NCBI GenBank assembly: GCA_964276515.1
Contig: OZ193909.1
Location: 4,278,001-4,342,000 of the forward strand
Reading direction: 5' to 3'
Source of the DNA: Gordius albopunctatus
Taxonomy: Eukaryota
Length of the DNA: 64,000 nt
Shown here piece by piece: positions 54,709 to 64,000 of the stretch. Under the pieces are notes generated by a model. That model ran no database searches and was not told the DNA's origin. It saw nothing but the letters and a program-made list of their open reading frames with translations. Numbering within the stretch: the stretch's first letter is position 1; each line of letters starts with the position of its first letter. A program made the translations under genes and the position numbers.

Positions 54709-56315
54709 TAGAAATGGATTTTTCCCGGGAATTTTGGGGAAAATACGGAAATTTAGGGGAAATAACGGTAAAAATGGGGGAATTTAGACATCTTATTCAA
54801 TAAAAAATGTTTATGAGGATTTGTAAAAATTAAATGCTTTTATAGGAATATTTAAAGTATAATGGTTGTATTTGTGAAAAAATTCATATTTATTACAAGT
54901 TTTAAAAATTGTTATCATCCATAAATGTTATCCTAGTATTTCTTTTCTAACTTAAGCTAGCTAATTTTAAATGGTAGTTATCAATAAAGCCTTATCTTAA
55001 TATATTCACAAAATTAGACACTTGTTAGATTATTCAACTAAAGGTGTCAATTGGAATGTTTATTTTTGAATTTATAATTATATTCATCAGTTATATCCAT
55101 TTTAAAAAATAATCAATATATAATGTTTTTCTGTGACAAACAGAGTTAATACAAATTATTTTCAGATTTAATATCATTTATTTAAAGCTGATTGCTTAAA
55201 AAATGGATGCTTAGATGTTTGAACTTTTACTTAATATTTAATTAAACATTAAGATCAGACAGATTTCTTAGCCAAAAGAAAACAATGGCTAGAGGTTAAT
55301 TTTAAATCTATGTTCAATGTAATTTATTTTTAAAATTAAAAAAAATAATCACGAAAGCAAACATTTTAACCTAAATGTAGGGTTAAAGTTAGATTAATCC
55401 ATTTAATAGACTACTCACTTCTTTTTAAAAGTTTGGTGTTATGAAATGTTTATAATGGTGGCCTATTTCTTTATTTATTTCATAAACAAACATCATATTA
55501 AATATTTTTTGATAATACTGTAATAGATATAATAAACATTTCTGAAAAATTATCCTTTATACTGCCATCTACATTTTGAATTATCTATTAAAGATTTTGC
55601 ATTCGTCTTCTAAGTGAATTTATGGATTGGACACAATATATTGAATAATTACATGCTTAGCCATAAAGAGGGAGGGCTGCCCCTTATATTTTAATTTCTT
55701 ATAAATTTAACTACTTATCGTTTGTATTTTAATATTTCTTCATTTTGTCCCCCCCCCTCCCCACCAGAAATAATTTTAGACATTTTCCTGCCCTGCAATG
55801 TAAAACCAATGCAATCCATATGAATATATAAACATAAATTGCTTAGCAATTAATAAGCGCCTAATTTAAAAATAAGTCCATTTTAGAGCACAATAACTAT
55901 GCATGAATAAGTTAGCTCTTAGCTATGATTTTAGATGAAATAAGAATATGCATGTTCATTATTCAATAAGCACAATTAGTGCCTTAAAAGCTAATAAAGA
56001 TGGCTAAATGCTCATTTAAAACAAAATGTATGTTTAGTTCCACCTAAATCCAGATGTATAAAAATTTTAAAATCTTCAAAGATTTAAATTTTTTAATGCT
56101 TTAAAAGGCAAAAAGATAGAAATTATTATTTTTCAAGAAGTAAAAATGATATATTTTACGATTAGAATAGTTGAGGATAGTATAAAAATAAAATTAACAT
56201 TTAAAAGCACATATTTTGGGGAATTTTCACTAGGGAAAAATCAATTTTCCCCGGGGAAGTTTCCTGGGAAAAAACGGGAATTTTCCTGGGAATATTTCCT
56301 ATGTTGCCATCTCTA
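54709..56315. mobile_element. 1.6-kb non-autonomous DNA transposon with 8-bp TSD (hAT or P superfamily)
   Basis: Ends tagaaatgg/ccatctcta; TSD ctttccca/ctttccaa; GGGAA subterminal repeats. Confidence 0.7.
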
Positions 56316-56754
56316 CTTTCCAATGATAATCATAAATTGTAAACAATTTGTATATTAAACTCACTTGCTTATCAAAACAATTTTCATATTTTTATAATCT
56401 TTTGTTATTTTCACTTTTAGATTATATGAAATGCCCATAAAATATAGGTAGTAAAAAACATGACTGTTGCAATTACCCTTAATACTAAATAGGTTGTATC
56501 TAATAAATCTATAACTATACAGTAAAAATTTTATGTAAATTTAAGAAAATTTGGCCAAAACATTTTCAGAGTGATTAAATTCTTATAGATTTTGAATTAA
56601 AATGCATAAATGCAAAAAATCTAGATGTTAAAAAGCATAATATAAATAAATGTGCAAAATAAAGAATGAAAGAAAAACGTTATCAAAATATTAACTAATT
56701 TTATTCAGACTTACTAAATATATGTACAAGCAATCTATATGTGAAAATGAAAAT

Positions 56755-57346
56755 TTATATCAATAGTCGCTCAATATTTTTCTGTATTGTTCTGATATGT
56801 GTTTTCAATTGGGATCCCTCATTTATTGTAATAGAGCAAGCACTTACTGGACGATATACTCCACATGCTCTACCTAGAGCTAAAATTTAAATAGTTTTAG
56901 CAAATATATCATTATAATTTGTATTGTTGAAAAGCATATAAATACAGATGTATAACATTCAAACCTTCTTTGGATCTTACAAATACATAGGGAACATTCT
57001 AGAGAATTGTTAAGAAGTGTTATATATAAAATATTTACTTTATCTTCACATAACAAAGGTAAATGTAATAAAATTTCTAATGGCTCTGCATCTGCTGCCA
57101 TGACAATCAATTCTGACAATCCACGATTCAATGTCTTTGTTGCTATTGATTGTATAAATTGGAATTTAAAAGTAAATTTTACCTTCATTTGCACCCCTTT
57201 TAAGTTGTTTATAATGAGATGATTGCAAAACAAGATCCAATATCTCCTTATTTAAAATAGGATCAGCTAAAGGGTATGCTTTGGGATTGAATGACTCTTC
57301 TTTCTTAAAATAATATAGGTAAATAAAAATTTTGTTATACCTCCAT
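56755..57346 (-). CDS. SNU13: SNU13/NHP2L1 (15.5K) K-turn binding protein, 129 aa, 5 exons
   Basis: Exons 57346-57341, 57303-57183, 57142-57039, 56998-56965 and 56879-56755 total 390 nt: NPKAYPLAD…[18 protein letters not shown]…[40 protein letters not shown]…IERLLI*. Confidence 0.97.
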
Positions 57347-57779
57347 GTTTATGAATGGGAACAAGGCTGTATGAATGAATCTGAGTCTGTTAAAGTCTAC
57401 CAAATACTTTTCTTGTCCCTTTAAAGTATAAGGCGATTGATTAAAATAAATATCTGATGTATACAATAATAATCGACCGTTTAACAAAGTGCACAAATAT
57501 AAGGTGTCTTATTTGAAGCACATAAAGCTAAATGATTTTTTAGTTGATGATAAAATTAGATGTTTATTAACCCAAAAGAGAATAGATTTAGTTTTATTTA
57601 ACACATAATCCTCTCTTATTCATTTTATGCTTATATTTGATATATATTGTTACTCCTTTAAAGAACTATATCAATTTTTTAAACTTAGTTTGCCCTAAAA
57701 ATTTTTATGAACATGAACGATGTTGATTATTATTATCTTGACTTAAATTGCCATCCATAGGCCTAGGCAGGATTGCCTC

Positions 57780-58700
57780 ATGGGGGGGGGGGGGGGGGGG
57801 TTCAAAATTTTTTATAAAAAATACTATTAAACAAAAAAAATTTAAACTTATATACAGTAGTGGCGGAGGCAGGATCATATAAGTAAGGGGGGGGGCAGGG
57901 TAAATTTTGTATAAAAGAATTTTGAGTAAACAAAAACTAATTAAAATGATATAAATTCAATATCTAATATGAGTTTTTGGTGAAAAATGCCAAACTGCAA
58001 AGAGATTCTCCCAATTTTTCTGTTTGCGTTAATTAGGCCCATTGTTCAACTAAACACTTTCATGGGCCTTTTAGGCTTAATTATCCCACCAGTACCACAA
58101 AATGTCCCGCCCCGGGACCGTTAAAATGAGATTATAAGCCCAAGTTGGCCCACTAATTTTTTGTGATTCACAGGCCCAGCCTATACCTTCCCAAAAAATC
58201 TTATATATTCAGCGACTTTTTAAGCATTTTTTGTCAATACCAAAACAATTATTTATTTATATGTATAAATCAGTCTCAAACAGGCTTTTGTTTCTTCCAA
58301 CAAGTTAAATTTTTATTAGCAGCACTTGAAGCTGCATAAAACCATTTATGATAATTGAAACTATATGTTAGGTTAATTTTATACTAAATATACATATTTT
58401 TGTTAATGTTTCACGATCCCCCTTTTAAAAAATAAAAACATTGGGATCTACTTTTTTAAGAATTACAAGTTCTACGAGTAAATAGCAAACAAAAATTAAT
58501 AAGAATTATTTTATATTGTAATGTTTGATAATAATAGAATTTGATAAACATCATAAAAAACACCATTTTTATATATTAAAACAAAAAGGTTTTACCCCTA
58601 CTAAAAGCCAGGATTGTCCCGAGCCCGTTTTATTACCATAACGCTCGTCCAAGCCAGGCCCGCAATTTTTAACACAAGCCCATACCCGGCTTTGCGGGTG
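57780..58700 (+). repeat. ~1 kb composite repeat, copy 2
   Basis: Collinear with 8810-9810. Confidence 0.7.
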
Positions 58701-59634
58701 CCAGCTGTATTTGCTATAATAAATTTAGCTATATCATAACCATTAAAAAATAAACTTTAAAAAATGAATTTATAAACCATAAGGAATATTAATTGTTAGT
58801 TGAATTAGCACGCACAATTTTATTCTAGAATCAGCACACACAATTTCTAAAGTTATTATATTTTAAAGTATGTTTAAAAATGAAGCATGCATTGAAAGGA
58901 AAAGGTTTTATTGTCAATTAATGAACTATATCATAATATGGTTATTTAACATATACACGAGGAATGTCGAACTGAACAGTCCTATATCGTGTATACAATT
59001 GCCGTCGAAACATAAAGTATAATCGTAACATGCATGAAAGAAATGTGCAAAACGCTTTGTAAAATTATCATTTACATTAATATTAATTATTTGTATTTTA
59101 TTATTATACTCGTCTCTAGTTGTATATCCAAAATTTCTATAAACTAGGAACTAATGTATGTTTAAATAACCATATTAAATACTTTTTGTAGTCTTAATCT
59201 TGTGTGTAAGTAAAAATTACATAAAAATTGTTATCCCATCTAGCGCGTTGTTTACTGATGCGTGTGGATAGCAATAATAAAAGTAAGAGTAACAAATCCG
59301 TACTGGAAACTAAAATGGAAAGTAAAAGTACCCCATATGAAATAGTAAGGCCAGGGAGGGGAGATTGTGTAGACCAAAAACTATTAAAATCAGTACAGCA
59401 GATGTTATATATATTTTACGTTTTAAAGATACTAGCTATATTAATTAACGCGTGTAAGATCAAACAGGGTATCCGAGATAAGTGAAACGCGATACGATAT
59501 GCAGTTTTACAACCTTTATATTTTTCTTTATCCTATATTTCTTTTAATAATTAAAAAAAATTTATCATAAATATCTTTATTAAATAGTGTACAAAAATTA
59601 CATTATTTATTAATATGTTTAATAAAAGCGATAA

Positions 59635-59820
59635 TCTTATATATAAAAATGAATATATGTGTGTGTATATATGCTGCCACCAATTTTGGAAAACTACCAG
59701 ACCGATTTGGCTCAAATTTACACATTTTATTCCTGAAACTCCGGAGCATGTTTTAAGATTTGTTCAAGCCAAATCGGTCTAGTAGTTTTCGAGAACGGTT
59801 TAGTGCCTGAATATCAACTT
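59635..59820 (+). mobile_element. Possible non-autonomous Helitron-like 5' fragment
   Basis: Starts tcttatatataaaaatgaat…tgtgtgtg and contains the palindrome aaaactaccagaccgatttggct…agccaaatcggtctagtagtttt, a layout common in invertebrate non-autonomous Helitrons. Confidence 0.35.
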
Positions 59821-59854
59821 TTGTAAACAACAACACAATTTAACGAACGCGTTA

Positions 59855-60162
59855 GACTTTTTCATGACAAAAATGGGTATTCAATCTATGGCGGACATGA
59901 TTAACGAAAATCGGCTAAGGTGGTATGGTCATATACTAAGGAGGGATACGGATGACGTAAATAGAAAAGTACTGGACATGGAGGTACCGGGGAAGAGAGG
60001 AAGAGGACGACCTCGTGTCACGTGGAAAGGGCAAGTCGATAAATTTATGGAAACTAAAGAGATTAGTCAAGACATGGCACTCACCCGGTCAAGATGAAAG
60101 AAAATTATCAAAACAAACCCCACCAATGTGCGACCAAATAACTGATAAAGAAGAAGAAGAAG
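59855..60162 (+). mobile_element. 5'-truncated RTE LINE 3' end
   Basis: ENRLRWYGHILRR…GKRGRGRPRVTW, similar to the 4752-5396 ORF; (GAA)n tail; 17-bp TSD atttaacgaacgcgtta (59838-59854, 60179-60195). Confidence 0.9.
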
Positions 60163-60594
60163 TTATGTTGTATTGGGTATTTAACGAACGCGTTATGTTG
60201 TATTCGTACGCGTTACACTGTATACGGAAATAGAACAATAGAAGTAGAACATATAGACATCAAACTTTATTTTTACTTCAATAACCGCTTTATCATCATA
60301 TATGCCCTAAAATTCTAACATAATTGAGGTAAAATAATCAACTATTTTGCATTAATAAGAAAATTTACCATTTAATAAATCAGCCATTTATTGCATGTAT
60401 GCTTTACCAAATGAATTTTTATATTGCAGTACTTTATATAGATCATAGTCAATATATATTTTTACCAGTTGAAAAGTTATACAAATGTCAATGTGGAAAA
60501 AATCATTCGGCAGAATAATATCTTAAATAATAGATTATATTTGAAGCTAAAAATTATTGAATTATCTAAAATATTGTTAGAATTTTTTAATGTT

Positions 60595-62950
60595 TGTAGA
60601 GAGGTAATAGGAGTGCGAAGTGCCTCAGGGGATACGTTATTTACCTGTGTGGTTACATTATTTATCTGCGTGTTGTCGATCAAATTATCGTTAATTGGTT
60701 GTAACTTATATATACGTTTGTTATATACGGTGATGGTCACTTTTAGATTATTGTATCTCAGTCCTAATAGTTTATGTGAATAAATATCAAGCCCTTAACA
60801 GTGGCGTATCGTGGCGAAACCTACGCGGAGATGCAGAAATATAAAACAACGGCTAACATCGACGCTTTCATAACTCAATTTGAGTTATTCCTTAGGAACA
60901 ATAAGACGGAGACAGATGAGCAAAAAGCCGCGCTATTATTAACCAGCCTCGAGGGGGAGGTTAATACTAGAGGATTGTAGACCGCAAGAGTTGACAGGAA
61001 TTACATACGAAGAAGCGAAAAATCGGTTAAGGAAATTATTCCAGAGGAATTCATGTGCGAGGGCAAAGAGGTACGAATTCTCAAAGGTTCGACAAGGCCA
61101 GGGAGAGACGATAGACGTGTACGCTAATAGACTCAAAGCCGGGGCTAACAGCTGTAACTTCAGAAACGAATAAATGCAGAACAGAATCGTCGACCAATGC
61201 ATTATAGGATTGCGCGATAGAAGCCTACAGGCGAGACTGTTGGCAGAAAATGACATCAAATGGGACCGCCTACGAGAGCTGGCATTAACTGCCGAGACGA
61301 TAAATGGAGGGCTAAGCACCTTGCAGGACGGGTCCGAATAGGTGTGAAGCGTAGCGGCGAGACGAGAAGCGTGGCCTGGGCCGGTCCGGATTCCCAGGTT
61401 AAACCATGCTTTAGATGTGTTAACAGTTGATATATATATTAATTACGAGTTGTTCCAATTTATCTTCGATACCAGCGCTACGGTTTCGATATTACCGGCG
61501 CGAAGATGGGCGAAGGAGATCCCACGCCACAAAGAGGCGGTCCCGACGATGTACGCGTGTAGGGGTTTTGGCCTAATTTATTCTAACCAAAGAAACTTTA
61601 TTAATATCAAACCAAAAGATACAATATGGTAATTCGATCGCTACGCATTAGTTTATATACCATGTTATCGAAGTTAATATACATAACGCGTAAGGTAGTT
61701 GGGGGCTATTCAAATTATAATCATTATGAATAGAATAAGGAGGAGTATGAATAGTGTGTATTCATCGAGTAAGAAGGAATGTGAACAACGTGATATCTAA
61801 ATTATAAAGGTACCACTATTCTAATTAGGTAATACCATATGCGTACGGCCACGGGGAAATAAAGATTGTAGCCAAGGTAAAAGCCGATGTCCGATTGGGG
61901 AACACTAGGAAACAGCTGTCATTATTGCTAGCAGACGTAGCGGGGCCGCCGCTATGCGGGATCGATTGGATACAAAAATTTGAGCCCGAAATCTGGCGTC
62001 AAATACGTTGGAACTCGAGAGCTGCGGCGGAACGGTTCTTGGTCAATTACGTAGAAAGAACGAAGGATACCAAGACCGCGATCCAGCACGTGATGAAGCA
62101 ATGGGATGGCCAGCTAAACGAATTCCCGCAAGCAGTCAAGGGAATAACGGTTGAAGTAACGTAAAAGAGGGCATAGATCCCGTATTTATACCCGCTCGAA
62201 GGGTGCCGATGGCGTGGAAGAAAGAAGTAGAAGAAGAGCTGAATAAATGGGTCAGAGACGGGGTGATAGAACCAATCGATTTCTCAAAATGGGCCAGTCC
62301 AGTGGTACCCGTGAAAAAAAGCGATGGGACTCTGCGATTATGTATAGACTACCGGTTTACGATAAATAAATACGCACAAGGGTTGCTGTACCGCTTACCC
62401 AAAATCGACGATTTGTTAAATAAACTCGACAACGCGTGTTATTTTACGAAGCTGGACCTTACGAAAGCGTACTTACAGCTCGAATTAGGGCCAGAGACGA
62501 GCCAACGATTGACGATCTCTATGCACAAGGCTTATTTAAAGTTAACCGGATGCCGTTTGGCTTAAATTGTGCCGCGGCTATTTTCCAAAAAATAATGGAC
62601 CAAATATTAGGAGGCATGGAGGGGGTAGCGGTATACATCGACGACATACTAATCGCAGGGGAAACGGAAGAAATTCACAAGGAGCGGTTACTCAAACAAC
62701 TAGAAACGTTACAAAAGTGGGGGTTCGTGCCAAACATTGCCAAGAGCATTTTGTGGGCGAAGGAAGTAACCTTTTTGGGGTACGTAATAAGTAACAAGGG
62801 GATTCAAATCAACGAAAATAAAGACGAAATAGTGAAGCAGTGGAAAAATTGTAACTTATTTATGCGTTTGTTATATACGGTGATGGTCACTTTTAGATTA
62901 TTGTATCCCAGTTCTAATAGTTTATATGAATAAATATCAAGCCCTTAACA
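60595..62950 (+). mobile_element. Ty3/Gypsy LTR retrotransposon (Mag-like), decayed and internally deleted
   Basis: 5' LTR 60595-60800 (TG..CA) followed by PBS-like TGGCG; gag (RQGQGETIDVYANRL), protease (FDTSATVS), RT (WASPVVPVKK…LRLCIDYR, LDLTKAYLQ, RMPFGL, YIDDILI); partial 3' LTR 62849-62950; 5-bp TSD atgtt (60590-60594, 62951-62955). Confidence 0.95.
61558..61837. mobile_element. 280-bp TG..CA insertion (probable solo LTR) in the Gypsy protease
   Basis: Flanked by tacgcg/tatgcg (6-bp TSD, one change); removal restores the frame PTMYA-YGHGEIKIVAKVKADVRLGNTRKQL. Confidence 0.7.
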
Positions 62951-64000
62951 ATGTTCAAGGACATTCAAAGCATTTCATTTTATACCAGACATTTTGGGTT
63001 AAAGATAGTTAAGTTTCGATGTGTTTTGACATAGAAAAGATATGGATGTGCACGTTCAAACTAAAACATCGTAAAAAATATATTTACAATTCATTAATGA
63101 TTTTGAAATTAATTATGATAATCCGCTAGATGGCACTTTTTGTAACTTAAACAAAATTCCTTACATTTCCTTAATTTCAAAGCTTAGATTTTTTAGCTTA
63201 TGAATATATTTATGCTTAATATTACTTTTAGAGTCATATACTTCAACACAAAAACTGCCAAAAGATTTTAGCAAAAAGATAAGCTCCAACACTCCGCAAA
63301 TTTATAGATAACATGAATTAAATAAAAGTCAAAAAATAATTTCCCTCAACATTTTAACATCACAATCTCTTCCTAATTCATGATCTAATGTAGCTTGTAT
63401 CATATTAATTGCTAAGGTTGGGGCTGGGTTTTGTTAGGTCTATTTTTGGTTTAACTAAGACTAACGGTCGATTCCGGTCTGAATTTCGAATTTCGACTAA
63501 GCCTAGAGGTTTAATTTAGATTTAGGATGAAACTAGACTCAAGATGTGATGTGTACACCCCCCCCCCGTATATTTTTCAATCTATGTACACAGAGTATAT
63601 TTAGCACTTTTCCTAAATATAAATTAGTTTTCAACTAGTGTCGTTTGCAACTATTACTTTGTTAAGTATTAGCTTAATTAATTAATCTCTTCATGTCCTC
63701 GTCGGTTATTATGTTTTTTGTGTATTTTTATGTAATATGGGATATTCTACGGAGTGTCGTTCTTTTTAAACGCATGACTGTTATTTATATTGAATAGAGC
63801 GGCTAAAAATTTTAAAATCTAAATATAATTTGAGGAAAGTAAATAGAAAAACTAAACCTTGCATTTTTATTGTAGCGATATATAGAATTTGTTGCTAATA
63901 TTTATTCAAAATTCTTATTGATCTAACAACGATATAATGTATGACAAGCATTAACCTAGTTTTTGAATTGCTAGTCAAATTAAACGTATGGAATTCGATC

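Noticed and set aside
60469..60783. 104-aa ORF
   Set aside because: Spans AT-rich flank and the Gypsy 5' LTR; no protein-like signal.
1..64000. CRISPR arrays, rRNA, prokaryotic operons or horizontally acquired bacterial genes
   Set aside because: No regularly spaced repeats, rRNA motifs or intronless bacterial-type ORFs; the window is eukaryotic throughout.

Overview
AT-rich invertebrate (probably protostome) genomic DNA. It holds three protein-coding genes: the 3' part of a divergent TADA3-like gene (+, 552-3093), a ~31-exon invertebrate Plexin-B (+, 29757-45382) and SNU13/15.5K (-, 56755-57346). Mobile elements are RTE-clade LINE remnants, a TSD-flanked hAT transposon with an intron-containing decayed transposase, a deleted Gypsy LTR element with a nested TG..CA insertion, and many hAT/Harbinger MITEs. 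The most striking signal is not a standard feature. Short introns are 37-55 nt, and the longer introns examined in detail (85 nt to 2.1 kb) can fold back, with G-U pairs on the sense strand, into one nested structure. That structure begins just after the donor and leaves only ~30-50 nt unpaired before the acceptor, so long introns appear compacted to the minimal intron length by RNA structure. Similar + strand structured islands fill the ORF-free 10-29 kb region, suggesting a hidden upstream spliced transcript. All pairings were found by eye and need folding and shuffling controls.
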